Of a DNA stretch of 64,000 nucleotides, positions 27,199 through 37,441 are shown in pieces. A program made the translations under genes and the position numbers. The notes beneath the pieces are model-generated. The model searched no databases, was not told where the DNA came from, and saw only the letters and a list, made by a program, of their open reading frames with translations. Position 1 is the first letter of the stretch, and every line of letters begins with the position of its first letter. Source of the stretch: Thermodesulfobacteriota bacterium (GTDB taxonomy: Bacteria > Desulfobacterota > DSM-4660 > Desulfatiglandales > HGW-15); assembly GCA_042573485.1 (NCBI GenBank), contig JBHPCX010000004.1:18210-82209 (forward strand), read 5' to 3'.

Positions 27199-28809
27199 CT
27201 AAATTTTAGGACCGGACATAGTCACCTCCTGAGGTGTTTTGTCTTTGAACTGTTCGAAGCTTTCATGAAACAGAACTGCAAGTTTTTTTGCCTGGGCATC
27301 ATAATCGGAAGGATTGGACCAAGTGTTTCTGGGGTCCAGTATTTCTGCAGGTACTCCTGGCGCGGAAACAGGTATCTGGAATCCGAATAATGGATCCTCC
27401 CGCATGTCAGAATCATTAAGTGACTTGTCCAAGGCGGCATTAAGAAGGCTGCGGGTATATTGAATTTTCATCCGCGATCCTTTACCGTATGGCCCTCCTG
27501 TCCACCCTGTATTCACAAGCCAGCATTTGACCTTATGCTTTTTAATCATATCCGCAAGCAATTGTGCGTACACAGAAGGATGACGCACCATAAAAGGAGC
27601 CCCAAAACATGCGCTGAATGTAGCGACAGGTTCAATAATGCCCTTTTCAGTACCGGCGACCTTCGCCGTGTAGCCGCTGATAAAGTGATACATTGCCTGA
27701 TCAGGCGTTAGTTGCGCAATGGGAGGAAGCACTCCGAAGGCATCCGCTGTGAGCATAATAATATTACTCGGATGACCGGCCATTCCTGATTCTACTATAT
27801 TAGGGAGATGTTTGATCGGATAGGATGCCCGTGTGTTTTCGGTAAGGCTGTCATCATCTAGGTCTATGCGTCGTGTCGCTGAATTCATTGTCACATTTTC
27901 CAGGATTGTGCCGAAACGCCTTGTACATTCATATATTTCCGGTTCTGCTTCCTTTGAAAGGCGTATTACCTTTGCATAACATCCCCCTTCAAAATTGAAT
28001 ACCCCGTTTTCAGACCATCCATGCTCGTCATCTCCTATGAGCATCCTGCCTGGATCAGCAGAGAGAGTTGTTTTCCCCGTGCCTGAAAGACCAAAGAAGA
28101 TTGCCACATCATCAGGATTCTTTTTATTCACATTTGCCGAACAATGCATGGAAAGGACATCCTTTCCAGGAAGTAGGAAGTTAAGGGCGGAAAATATTGA
28201 TTTTTTTATTTCACCGCCATAAGCGGTACCTCCGATGAGGATGAGTTTTTTCCCCAGATTTATGGCTACAAATGTCCCGCTGCGAGTGCCGTCTTCGTCT
28301 GGATCGGCGTTATACTTGGGACAATGCAGAACTGTAAAATCAGGCTGGAAATTTTTAATAACCTCCCTGTTACGGGGCTGCTGAATGAACATGTTTCTAG
28401 CAAACAGGTTATGCCAAGCGTGTTGATTTATAACTCTCACTGATTGTCTATATTCTTTGTCCGCTCCTGCATAGCAATCCTGCACAAAGACTGTTTTTCC
28501 CCTTAAATAGGTTGTCATGTGATTAAGGAGCCTGTTAAACTTTTCTTCCGGATATTTTACGTTGGTCTTACCCCACCATATTTCATCCGTGGTTATGGGT
28601 TCATCCACAACATACTTGTCCTTTGCGGCGCGGCCAGTATGTTGCCCCATACATACTACTAACGGCCCTAAATGAGAGACCTGTGCTTCATAACGCCGTA
28701 TGGCGTGCTCATATAAAGCGGGAGTAGAAAGATTCCAGTGGGCTTCACCCAGGTGATGAAGTCCAAGGTATTCCAAACCATAATCAGGTTTCAAATCAAG
28801 TATTTCCAT
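27199..28809 (-). CDS. pckA: Phosphoenolpyruvate carboxykinase (ATP)
   Basis: 536 aa with the kinase-1a loop FFGLSGTGKTTLS, IGDDEHGW and overall PckA-ATP architecture. Confidence 0.92.
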   Translation of the reverse strand: MEILDLKPDYGLEYLGLHHLGEAHWNLSTPALYEHAIRRYEAQVSHLGPLVVCMGQHTGRAAKDKYVVDEPITTDEIWWGKTNVKYPEEKFNRLLNHMTTYLRGKTVFVQDCYAGADKEYRQSVRVINQHAWHNLFARNMFIQQPRNREVIKNFQPDFTVLHCPKYNADPDEDGTRSGTFVAINLGKKLILIGGTAYGGEIKKSIFSALNFLLPGKDVLSMHCSANVNKKNPDDVAIFFGLSGTGKTTLSADPGRMLIGDDEHGWSENGVFNFEGGCYAKVIRLSKEAEPEIYECTRRFGTILENVTMNSATRRIDLDDDSLTENTRASYPIKHLPNIVESGMAGHPSNIIMLTADAFGVLPPIAQLTPDQAMYHFISGYTAKVAGTEKGIIEPVATFSACFGAPFMVRHPSVYAQLLADMIKKHKVKCWLVNTGWTGGPYGKGSRMKIQYTRSLLNAALDKSLNDSDMREDPLFGFQIPVSAPGVPAEILDPRNTWSNPSDYDAQAKKLAVLFHESFEQFKDKTPQEVTMSGPKI

Positions 28810-29022
28810 AATGTCTCTCCTTATCAGATAGGTTCATATGCTTTAAATTAAATTAATATAATATCAACTCTCTGGCTCAGGAACAAGAAAGAATAACATG
28901 ATTTGCCCAGATATTTTATTGCCTGAATTTTAATTGTTTGACCCGCTGTAAAAACATGATATTTTATAAATGGTATTTAAATCTGTTAATGTTTGTTGTT
29001 TTGAATAAAAAGGAGCGATTAA

Positions 29023-30237
29023 TTGGAATCAAATTTGATAAAATTTTCTGACAATAAGATATCAGTTCCGGATAACCCGGTAATCCCCTATATAGAGGGA
29101 GATGGTATTGGCGGTGACATATGGAAAGCTGCTGTCAGTGTAATAGACAGTGCTGTGGAGATATGCTGGGGAGATAAAAGAAAGATAGAATGGAAGGAAG
29201 TCTTTGCCGGAGAAAAGGCCTTTGAAAAAACAGGAGAATGGCTTCCGCAGGAAACCATTGATTTATTTAAGAAATACAGGGTCGGGATAAAGGGCCCTCT
29301 GACCACGCCTGTTGGAGGCGGGTTCAGAAGCCTTAATGTTGCACTGCGCCAGATAATGGACCTCTATGCCTGTGTCAGGCCGGTCAGGCATTTCCCAGGA
29401 GTACCGAGCCCCGTAAAGGAACCGCATAAAGTCAATATGGTCATTTTCAGGGAAAATACAGAAGATGTTTACGCGGGCTTTGAGCTTGAATCAGGAAGAG
29501 ATGAAACAGAAAGGCTTATTGACTATCTGTATAAGGAATATGGATGGAAAATTCGGCCTGACTCCGGAATCGCCATAAAGCCTATCAGCAGGACAGGCAG
29601 CCGAAGGCTGATCAAGGCCGCTATTGACTACGCGATAAAGCAGGGCGGGAAAAGTGTAACCCTTGTTCATAAGGGAAATATACAGAAATATACCGAAGGA
29701 GCATTCAGAAAATGGGGATATCAGCTTGCTGAAGAAAACTATCCTGAAGAGACTGTAACATGGGATAATTACGGCGGGGATGCCGGTGAAAGTAAAATAT
29801 TGGTAAAGGATGTCATAGCAGATATATTTTTCCAACAGGCCCTTACCAGGCCGGATGAGTTTAATGTGATAGCGACAATGAACCTTAATGGTGACTATAT
29901 ATCTGATGCTCTTGCAGCCCAGGTCGGTGGTATCGGCATGGCCCCGGGAGCGAATATAAATTATGAGAACGGGTATGCTATTTTTGAGGCGACACATGGG
30001 ACAGCACCAAAATACGCAGGGCTTGATAAGGTAAACCCTTCCTCACTCATCTTAAGTGGAACCATGCTGCTGGATTATCTCGGTTGGATGAAAGCCGCAA
30101 GAAAGATAGAATCGGGTCTGGAAAGGACATTCGCGTCGAAAAAGGTGACATATGACCTTGCCCGGTTGATGGATGGAGCTACTGAAGTCTCATGTTCCGG
30201 ATTCGCAAGGCTTGTATGTGGAAATATGAAGGATTAA
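29023..30237 (+). CDS. icd: Isocitrate dehydrogenase (NADP-dependent, homodimeric type)
   Basis: Motifs are [57 protein letters not shown] and [12 protein letters not shown]. Uses a TTG start. Confidence 0.92.
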   Translation: MESNLIKFSDNKISVPDNPVIPYIEGDGIGGDIWKAAVSVIDSAVEICWGDKRKIEWKEVFAGEKAFEKTGEWLPQETIDLFKKYRVGIKGPLTTPVGGGFRSLNVALRQIMDLYACVRPVRHFPGVPSPVKEPHKVNMVIFRENTEDVYAGFELESGRDETERLIDYLYKEYGWKIRPDSGIAIKPISRTGSRRLIKAAIDYAIKQGGKSVTLVHKGNIQKYTEGAFRKWGYQLAEENYPEETVTWDNYGGDAGESKILVKDVIADIFFQQALTRPDEFNVIATMNLNGDYISDALAAQVGGIGMAPGANINYENGYAIFEATHGTAPKYAGLDKVNPSSLILSGTMLLDYLGWMKAARKIESGLERTFASKKVTYDLARLMDGATEVSCSGFARLVCGNMKD

Positions 30238-30291
30238 CCGGCTGATTTAAAATTTTTAGTGATAACAGGGGCTCAACAAACTCTTTGACTA

Positions 30292-30702
30292 TCAGTGTTT
30301 TTTTAAACTCAGCCTCCTGTATTCATTGGCGTAAAAAATACTGTTTATCTTAGCCTCTTCCGCATCTTCCAGTATTTCAAGGCTTACAAGGTAATGGCCT
30401 TTGAGTCTTCCTCTTTCCTGGTAACTGATGTCCCTTATTTCAGTAACCAGTTCCTGGTGGGGGTAGAAAAGGTCCCTTGAATAGTATTTCATGTTATACT
30501 TGGAATCTTCTTCTATATATGACAGAAAATCAGAATCCTCTTTCACAAGGATTGCCATAAACATTGTTTCCTTCTGCCATATTTTATATTGATAAATTAT
30601 CCCGACTCTTACCGGTATTTCCACACAAAAGTATTGATCAAGGTCTCTGTTATCCTCAAATATTGGTCTTTGAAGGGTTTCCCCCAGCATATTTTCTCTC
30701 AT
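30292..30702 (-). CDS. Hypothetical protein (136 aa) co-transcribed with the XRE regulator
   Basis: The ORF lies 28 nt downstream of the XRE gene on the same strand. I recognise no confident motif in it. Confidence 0.5.
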   Translation of the reverse strand: MRENMLGETLQRPIFEDNRDLDQYFCVEIPVRVGIIYQYKIWQKETMFMAILVKEDSDFLSYIEEDSKYNMKYYSRDLFYPHQELVTEIRDISYQERGRLKGHYLVSLEILEDAEEAKINSIFYANEYRRLSLKKH

Positions 30703-30730
30703 AAGTACCTCCTTATTCTATTTTTACCAT

Positions 30731-30949
30731 CTAAAGGTCTAAACCACCTGGAAATATTTTGTCCTTATCTTTTAACTTAAATCCAAGGGCCAGTATGATT
30801 TTTCTCTTGGTTGACACCCTGCAACTCATTCCTTTTTCAATCCTGTTAATAGTCAATACTGACACATCAGCTTTTCGTGCCAGCTCAGATTTACTTATGA
30901 GTAAATCTTCCCTTCCTTTTTTTAAATTGTTTTTAATAACTCGTGGCAA
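30731..30949 (-). CDS. XRE-family helix-turn-helix transcriptional regulator (72 aa)
   Basis: LISKSELARKADVSVLTINRIEKG is a classic Cro/C1-type HTH. Confidence 0.8.
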   Translation of the reverse strand: MPRVIKNNLKKGREDLLISKSELARKADVSVLTINRIEKGMSCRVSTKRKIILALGFKLKDKDKIFPGGLDL

Positions 30950-30987
30950 TTTTCTTATCCAAATCTTGTTTTGTTAAGTTGTTAGAT

Positions 30988-31018
30988 TTAATTATGCATA
31001 ATTAAGTATATTTGTCAA
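30988..31018 (-). promoter_or_regulatory. Sigma-70 promoter (TTGACA-17 bp-ATAATT on the minus strand) overlapped by an 18-bp perfect palindrome ttaattatgcataattaa (30988-31005)
   Basis: The -35 element is complementary to 31013-31018 and the -10 element to 30990-30995. The palindrome covers the -10 element. It lies about 40 nt upstream of the XRE start, as expected for an autoregulatory operator. Confidence 0.6.
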
Positions 31019-31097
31019 CTAATTTTTAGAATATATATTATAAATAATTTAAATTAACATCATATTGTGTCTTATTAAATATATTTAGAATATATTG

Positions 31098-31106
31098 TGG
31101 TATAAT
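31098..31106 (+). promoter_or_regulatory. Extended -10 element TGgTATAAT facing glnS
   Basis: A perfect TGnTATAAT was read directly. It would give a leader of about 250 nt. Two 12-bp direct repeats tttagaatatat (31025-31036, 31084-31095) precede it. Confidence 0.4.
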
Positions 31107-31361
31107 ATAGTAAAAAGTTGTTGTGAAAGTTAATGGTTTTCTCTTTGTGTGTTATGAAAACAAGTTCAGGCTTGATTTAAAATAACGGATTATGTCATTA
31201 TTAGCACTTCTTTAGCCCTTTTATTAAGGAACGATCGGCAGGACAACAGAATTTATGTAAATACCCAAGGAGATAAAATTCAACTAACCGCTGATCATTG
31301 ACAGATAAAACTAAATCATAAAACAATTATTGCCGGATGAGAATAAGTCAGGAGTGATTTA

Positions 31362-33068
31362 ATGTCCGAAGAAATACATAAAAACCCGTCAAATTTTATT
31401 CGGGAGATTATCAAGGAAGATATCAGAAACAACAGGTTTGAAGGGCGTGTTCATACACGTTTCCCTCCTGAGCCAAACGGGTATCTGCATATTGGACACG
31501 CCAAGGGTATATGCATTAGTTATGGTCTGGCCGAGGAATTCGGAGGACTGTATAATCTGCGTTTTGATGACACAAATCCAGTAAAGGAAGAGGAAAGATA
31601 TGTAGAATCCCAGATAGAGGATATCAAGTGGCTGGGATTTGATTGGGGAGACCGATTATTTTATGCGTCTGATTATTTTGACCAATTGTATGACTGGGCC
31701 ATTCAGTTGATAAAGGCAGGCAAAGCCTATGTGGATGATCTTAATGCCGATGAAATAAGAGAATTCAGAGGGACACTTAAAGAGCCCGGTAAGAACAGTC
31801 CTCACCGGGATCGATCTGTTGAGGAGAACCTTGAATTATTCACAAGGATGAAAAGTGGTGAGTTCGAGGAGGGAGTCTGTGTACTTCGTGCCAGGATAGA
31901 TATGGCATCAGGAAATATAAATATGCGTGATCCTGTTATGTACAGGATACTTCATGCGACACACCATCGTACTTCCGATAAATGGTGTATTTATCCGATG
32001 TATGACTGGACACACGGACAGTCAGATTCCATCGAAAACATAACCCATTCAATCTGTGACCTGGGATATGAGGATCACAGACCTTTGTATGACTGGTTTC
32101 TTGATGAACTGGGCATTTATCATCCAAGACAGGTTGAGTACGCGAGGCTTAATATCACCTATACCGTATTGAGCAAAAGATGGCTTATGAAACTTGTAAA
32201 TAGCGGCCATGTAACAGGGTGGAATGATCCGAGGATGCCCACGCTGTCGGGATTAAGAAGAAGGGGATATACATCCCTTTCCATAAGAAATTTTTGTGAT
32301 CGTATCGGCGTGGCAAAAAGAGACAGCATGATCGATATTGCTCTCCTTGAACACTGCATCAGGGAAGACCTGAATAAAAAGGCCCCGCGGGTAATGGCTG
32401 TATTAAGGCCGTTAAAGGTCATAATAGACAATTACCCTGAAGACAAGGTAGAGGAGCTTGACGCAATAAATAACCCTGAAGACCAGGAAATGGGAACAAG
32501 AAAAATTCCCTTTTCAAAAGTAATATATATTGAGAGGGAAGACTTCATGGAAGATCCTCCGAAAAAGTTTTACCGCCTTGCCCCGGGCAGGGAAGTCAGG
32601 CTGCGCTATGCCTACTTTATTAAGTGCGTGGATGTTGTCAAAGATACTGATTCGGGTGAAATTATCGAACTTCATTGTACATATGATCCGGAAACAAAGG
32701 GCGGCTCCGCGCCTGACGGAAGAAAGGTAAAGGCTACATTGCACTGGGTCTCCGCGGGAGACTGCATTGATGCGAAAATAAGATTATATGATCATCTTTT
32801 TTCAAAGGAAGATCCCATGGATGTGGAGGAGGGAGATGATTTTACCTCCTTTCTCAACCCTGAATCTCTTGAAGAATTAACATCCTGCAAGCTTGAAAGA
32901 AGCTTGAAGAAAGCTGAAAGGAGTATTGGATACCAGTTTGAAAGACAGGGCTATTTTTGTGTTGATGAAGAGGATCATACACCTGACAATCCGGTCTTCA
33001 ACAGGACAGTAACCCTTCGGGATGCCTGGGCAAAAATGCAAAAAAAAAATAAAAAAATGATCCCATGA
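31362..33068 (+). CDS. glnS: Glutaminyl-tRNA synthetase
   Basis: Class I HIGH motif ([12 protein letters not shown]), KMSKS-equivalent VLSKR, and the C-terminal beta-barrel anticodon-binding region typical of GlnRS. 568 aa. Confidence 0.9.
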   Translation: MSEEIHKNPSNFIREIIKEDIRNNRFEGRVHTRFPPEPNGYLHIGHAKGICISYGLAEEFGGLYNLRFDDTNPVKEEERYVESQIEDIKWLGFDWGDRLFYASDYFDQLYDWAIQLIKAGKAYVDDLNADEIREFRGTLKEPGKNSPHRDRSVEENLELFTRMKSGEFEEGVCVLRARIDMASGNINMRDPVMYRILHATHHRTSDKWCIYPMYDWTHGQSDSIENITHSICDLGYEDHRPLYDWFLDELGIYHPRQVEYARLNITYTVLSKRWLMKLVNSGHVTGWNDPRMPTLSGLRRRGYTSLSIRNFCDRIGVAKRDSMIDIALLEHCIREDLNKKAPRVMAVLRPLKVIIDNYPEDKVEELDAINNPEDQEMGTRKIPFSKVIYIEREDFMEDPPKKFYRLAPGREVRLRYAYFIKCVDVVKDTDSGEIIELHCTYDPETKGGSAPDGRKVKATLHWVSAGDCIDAKIRLYDHLFSKEDPMDVEEGDDFTSFLNPESLEELTSCKLERSLKKAERSIGYQFERQGYFCVDEEDHTPDNPVFNRTVTLRDAWAKMQKKNKKMIP

Positions 33069-33502
33069 CAGGTAAAGAACATCCTGATATCTTTAAAAGT
33101 GAAGAAGTATTATTTAACAAAGTCTTAAGATTCCAGCGAGTATGGTGTTCGGTCGCCTTTATGAATATAGGGCTTATTATAATCTTGTCACTCATTCCCG
33201 GGCCGGAAGATATCCCGCGGATATTCGGCCTGGACAAGGTATTGCATATAATTGCCTATGCGTTCAGTATGTTGTGGTGTAATATGTGCTACCGGGATAA
33301 GAAATATATTATATTATTTTCCGTTGGATTAATATTGATGGGTATAGCCCTCGAAATAGTGCAGGGTGTGATTGGCTATAGAATGATGAGTATATATGAT
33401 ATGATTGCCAACAGTATCGGCGTGCTTTTTGGTTTGGTACTTGCCCGGACGCGCCTATCATTGTTGCTTTCATATGTTGAAAAGCGTTTTATTATTTCCT
33501 AA
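33065..33502 (+). CDS. VanZ-like family membrane protein
   Basis: 145 aa with four hydrophobic helices, [13 protein letters not shown] and [12 protein letters not shown] blocks. Its start overlaps the glnS stop (ATGA). Confidence 0.65.
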   Translation: MTGKEHPDIFKSEEVLFNKVLRFQRVWCSVAFMNIGLIIILSLIPGPEDIPRIFGLDKVLHIIAYAFSMLWCNMCYRDKKYIILFSVGLILMGIALEIVQGVIGYRMMSIYDMIANSIGVLFGLVLARTRLSLLLSYVEKRFIIS

Positions 33503-33518
33503 TTGCCAGGAGAAGACA

Positions 33519-34841
33519 TTGACCTTTTCAGAAATCATAAAATATTTAAAAGATGATATATGGACTGTCCGGCTTGGTGACCTGCCGAGAAAAAAATCTT
33601 TTTTGATCAAACAGATCAGGGTCGTACTGCTGGCCTTCAAGGGTTTTGATGAGGACAAATGCAGTTTAAGAGCATCGGCTTTGACTTTTTACTCCCTTCT
33701 TTCTGTAGTGCCGGCGGCTGCGCTGGCCTTTGGAATCGCAAAGGGGTTCGGCATGCAGGGGCTGCTGGAAAAGCACCTTATAAAAAGTCTAAAAGGTCAG
33801 GAAGAAGTAGTCAACTATATAATTAATTTCGCTGGGAAGATGCTTGAAGAAGCAAGAGGCGGTGTGATTGCGGGTATTGGGGTCGTGATATTAGTCTGGC
33901 TCATTATTAAACTTCTTGGAAATATAGAGAAATCATTTAATGACATATGGGGTGTCACTCATCAAAGAGCAATAGGAAGGAAACTGAGCGACTACCTTTC
34001 AATCCTTTTTGTGGCACCTTTACTTTTTGTTCTTTCAAGCAGTGCTACAGTTTTGATCACAACCCAGATTGCAAAAATAACAGAAAAAATAGATATTCTG
34101 GGCCCTGTAAGCCCATTAATTGTTTTCTCCTTAAAAATTCTGCCCTATTGCGTGGTATGGCTTCTTCTTACCTTTGTCTATATTTTTATGCCCAACACAA
34201 AGGTCAAATTTAATTCCGGGTTGCTGGGAGGGATAGTTGCAGGGACAATTTATGTGATAGTACAGTTCATATATATTAAATTCCAGGTCGGAGTCGCCAG
34301 GGCAGGCGCAATATACGGGAGTTTGGCCGGATTACCTCTTTTCATGGTCTGGCTTCAGGTAAGCTGGTATATTATCCTGTTTGGAGCCGAAGTCAGTTTT
34401 GCCCATCAGAATGTTGATACCTATGAGATGGAGAACAAGTCTCTTGATATGAGTCGCCTGGGAAGAAGGATACTCTCCTTAAGAATTGCTCAGATATGCG
34501 TAAAAAATTTCATTAAAGGAGAGATCCCATGGTCTGAGGAAAAGATCGCCGAAACACTTGAACTACCGATCAGGCTGGCAAGGAGTCTGCTGTCTGATCT
34601 TGTCGAAAGCCGTGTACTTTCAGAGACTGTCGGAGAAGTTGAAAAGACAATTTACTATCAACCCGCCAGGGATGTAAACACACTGAGCATTAATTTTGTG
34701 TTAAAAGGTCTTGAAAATCTTGGCACGGATAATTTGTCTTGCGCAAATACAAAAGAACTGGATATAATCAGGGACAGCATGAACGATCTCAATATTGCTG
34801 CTGAAAAATCAAACGGGAACTTACTTTTAAAGGATATATAG
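33519..34841 (+). CDS. YihY/BrkB ('ribonuclease BN-like') family membrane protein with a C-terminal winged-helix-like extension
   Basis: SLRASALTFYSLLSVVPAAALAFGIA, YGSLAGLPLFMVWLQVSWYIILFGAE and six TM helices are present. The TTG at 33519 follows an AGGAGAAG RBS. The track start at 33405 would overlap the VanZ gene by 98 nt. Confidence 0.8.
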   Translation: MTFSEIIKYLKDDIWTVRLGDLPRKKSFLIKQIRVVLLAFKGFDEDKCSLRASALTFYSLLSVVPAAALAFGIAKGFGMQGLLEKHLIKSLKGQEEVVNYIINFAGKMLEEARGGVIAGIGVVILVWLIIKLLGNIEKSFNDIWGVTHQRAIGRKLSDYLSILFVAPLLFVLSSSATVLITTQIAKITEKIDILGPVSPLIVFSLKILPYCVVWLLLTFVYIFMPNTKVKFNSGLLGGIVAGTIYVIVQFIYIKFQVGVARAGAIYGSLAGLPLFMVWLQVSWYIILFGAEVSFAHQNVDTYEMENKSLDMSRLGRRILSLRIAQICVKNFIKGEIPWSEEKIAETLELPIRLARSLLSDLVESRVLSETVGEVEKTIYYQPARDVNTLSINFVLKGLENLGTDNLSCANTKELDIIRDSMNDLNIAAEKSNGNLLLKDI

Positions 34842-34844
34842 ATT

Positions 34845-35651
34845 ATGAATGAAAAGACAGCTGATGGAAATGACAGTATAAATTTGAACCTAGAAAATGA
34901 CAGTGTTGTTGTGGCGGGTATTTCAGACAAGGGCCGTGTCCGGGAAAAAAATGAAGACAACATATGTCTCCATGAATCAGGAGAGATTCTCCTTCTTGCC
35001 GATGGTATGGGCGGTCACGAGCGGGGGGCTGAAGCCAGCCGTATCGCGATTGATACCTTTAGCGTTCAACTCACCCCTGAATTGATTAAATCTCAAATGA
35101 CTGAAGTTACCGCTGCTGCCGGAATACCTACTCAATACGCATCCATACATACAATAATTTCAAGAGCTGTCGGGAAAACGGCAAACACATTAAGCGAACG
35201 GAATGCGGAATTAAGTCTTGAACGTTACATGGGAACAACGATTGTAGGGCTGGTCATAGTAGATGAAGAAGTGTTCTGGTTTCATGTAGGAGACAGCCGT
35301 GTTTACAGGTTTAAGGATTCAAAACTTGAGCAACTCACTTCTGATCATTCAGCCTATGAAGACTGGAAAAAAGCAGGTTCGATCGGGACTGCTCCGGGGA
35401 AAAATTTGATAACAAAGGCAATCGGGATTAATCCCCTGGTTGAGGCTGATATTGAGTATGATGAAAAAAGATCAGGGGATATTTATCTTTTGTGCAGTGA
35501 CGGTCTTTCGGATATGATATTCGATGAAAAAATAGAAGAAATACTAAGTGGCGAAAATGATATTCCCGAAAAGACAAACCTTCTTTTTAACGCAGCACTT
35601 TCTGCAGGGGGTAAGGATAACATAAGTGTTATATTGTGTAAAATGGTTTGA
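34845..35651 (+). CDS. PP2C-family Ser/Thr protein phosphatase
   Basis: Motifs are VAGISDKGRVREKNED, LLADGMGGHERGAEAS, GTTIV, HVGDSR, LCSDGL and GGKDNISV. Confidence 0.88.
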   Translation: MNEKTADGNDSINLNLENDSVVVAGISDKGRVREKNEDNICLHESGEILLLADGMGGHERGAEASRIAIDTFSVQLTPELIKSQMTEVTAAAGIPTQYASIHTIISRAVGKTANTLSERNAELSLERYMGTTIVGLVIVDEEVFWFHVGDSRVYRFKDSKLEQLTSDHSAYEDWKKAGSIGTAPGKNLITKAIGINPLVEADIEYDEKRSGDIYLLCSDGLSDMIFDEKIEEILSGENDIPEKTNLLFNAALSAGGKDNISVILCKMV

Positions 35652-35721
35652 TGAATAAAAGAAGCTAAGACCATTTTTTACAGGATGTATTCATTACCAG
35701 TAAATAAAATAATAACCGGAC

Positions 35722-36366
35722 CTACATGTAGAGGATCATTCCCATATAAGTCACGCTGTTATTTCCGTTGTTGTATTTTACTCCCAATTCTTTGCAAAGG
35801 CGAAGAACTTCAATGCCATTTGCTTCAACCGAAGAGAAGGCCTGATCGGGAAACCGGCATGGCTCATCATCCTTACAGGCACATTCCTTACAGACCGGAC
35901 AGCCTCCTGCTCCCAAAAAAAGAAACTTTTGATCAGGATATTTCTCTTGGAGTTCTTCTCTCAATTTCTGGATAGTTTTACCAAAGTCAATTGCAGCCGC
36001 CATCAACCCCTCAAAATCAAAACTGCTTTTTTTGGGGTACGCCCTGGTAAATAATATTGCGTTTTTATAGGAATGTATTTCCATTTCACATTCAGCAAGG
36101 CTTTTAATATGTGGAGGGCACATGTAATTTCGACCATATTGCCCGCAGCTGTTCTGCTCACACATGTCTCTAACACTTTGATCGATAGAAATTTCTTTTG
36201 GATCAAGTGATTTATATTCAGTAAATTTATATTCCTTTAAGAGTAAAGAAAAATCCATTTTATTGTATCCAAATGATGATTCAATGTTATTAATGCTCTC
36301 CGGAAATGATCCGCTCAGTATGGGGTTTATTATTCTCCCGGACAAATTTAGCCCTGGTGTTTCCAA
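35722..36366 (-). CDS. DUF2284-like predicted metal-binding protein
   Basis: Has a CEQNSCGQYGRNYMCPP block and a C-terminal GGCPVCKECACKDDEPCRFP cysteine cluster. The start is uncertain (TTG 36366 without an RBS versus ATG 36258). Confidence 0.6.
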   Translation of the reverse strand: METPGLNLSGRIINPILSGSFPESINNIESSFGYNKMDFSLLLKEYKFTEYKSLDPKEISIDQSVRDMCEQNSCGQYGRNYMCPPHIKSLAECEMEIHSYKNAILFTRAYPKKSSFDFEGLMAAAIDFGKTIQKLREELQEKYPDQKFLFLGAGGCPVCKECACKDDEPCRFPDQAFSSVEANGIEVLRLCKELGVKYNNGNNSVTYMGMILYM

Positions 36367-36374
36367 GGAAAAAA

Positions 36375-36860
36375 TTATGGATTATCCGCCATCAGGATAT
36401 CTCCTCTTCCCATGAACTCTTCAAGCGTTTTCACATGTTTGTTCTCTTCTTCTATAATTTTATCTATACCGGTCATTACTTTGCTATCATCTATAAAGTC
36501 TTTAATCATTTCATAAAAAAGGATTGTATCCTTTTCAAATTCGAGGGAGAGTTCAAGGAGCGCTGTAATATTATCTATTTTATTGAAGTCAGCATCATCC
36601 ATTGAAAAAGCCTGTTTACCCAAAACACTGGCAAGTATCTCTTTTCCCATTTCCTCAAGCCTGGGATCTTCTACTTTTTCATCTATTTGCTTCTTCATGT
36701 TGATGAACCATTTTTCATGTTCCGCTTCATCATCAGCGAGCCATTTGAGCATTGAGCTGATGGGAATATCGGAGATGTCATTCTGAGCCTTTCTGTAGGA
36801 TTTTTCACCGTTTTTCTCAATTTGTATAGCCAGGTCAATTATCTCACCTAGAGTGAACAT
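36375..36860 (-). CDS. Ferritin-like / rubrerythrin-family di-iron four-helix-bundle protein
   Basis: Two E...ExxH pairs are present (IEKNGEKSY...DDEAEHEKWF and LEFEKDTILFY...EEENKHVKTLEE). 161 aa. Confidence 0.7.
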   Translation of the reverse strand: MFTLGEIIDLAIQIEKNGEKSYRKAQNDISDIPISSMLKWLADDEAEHEKWFINMKKQIDEKVEDPRLEEMGKEILASVLGKQAFSMDDADFNKIDNITALLELSLEFEKDTILFYEMIKDFIDDSKVMTGIDKIIEEENKHVKTLEEFMGRGDILMADNP

Positions 36861-37141
36861 GATATTCTCCTTTTTTAGTATTTTAAAATTACGGAATTTA
36901 TTTCAAAAAAACAGAATACGAAGTCGGCTTATGGTTTGTCAATAGTATCAGACTTTCTGCCAGGCCCTGTTTAATAATGTGAAGTATAAAACCGGTTTAA
37001 ATAAAAAATAACCGATTGGTCAAATTAAGTGAAGAGGATTTTCAATTTGACATGGAGAACATACTCCTTAATTTAATATCATAGCCGCGTGCTGTCAGTT
37101 GAGATTGTTATTCGATTAGAATATTTCCGTTACAGGAGATT

Positions 37142-37438
37142 ATGGAGGATGTAGTCATGTCTGAAGAAATATTTATGTGCCCCCATTGTGAAGAAACGTT
37201 ATCAAGCTGGACTCCTTCACCATATCACGGATGGGCGAATGATCTGTATTGCTGTAACAATAATGAGTGTCCCTATTTTACTGAAGGGAGACATAAGATA
37301 TGTGTTGAATTCGAAAAAAACTTTGCCTACAGGTATTGTTATAATCCTGAAAACGGGAAACACTTTCCACTGATAACCTGGTGCGGGGGCGATCTGTCTC
37401 TTCTTAAAGGTAGATGCGGGGAATTGCCTGGTATATAG
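37142..37438 (+). CDS. Small Cys-rich (zinc-ribbon-like) hypothetical protein
   Basis: Contains CPHCEE...CCNNNECPYF...C...C. I do not recognise a family. The start may be ATG 37157. Confidence 0.5.
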   Translation: MEDVVMSEEIFMCPHCEETLSSWTPSPYHGWANDLYCCNNNECPYFTEGRHKICVEFEKNFAYRYCYNPENGKHFPLITWCGGDLSLLKGRCGELPGI

Positions 37439-37441
37439 AAA

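Noticed and set aside
30292-30702. PilZ (c-di-GMP-binding) assignment for the 136-aa protein, prompted by an IRDISYQERG segment.
   Set aside because: There is no RxxxR motif at the right distance, and the D-x-S-x-x-G spacing is wrong (DIS-4 residues-G). The evidence is insufficient.
31110-31361. T-box or another leader riboswitch in the ~250-nt region upstream of glnS.
   Set aside because: I could find no T-box consensus (AGAGA...GGUGNRA-type), no specifier/antiterminator architecture and no terminator hairpin with a U-tract. The promoter call itself is tentative.
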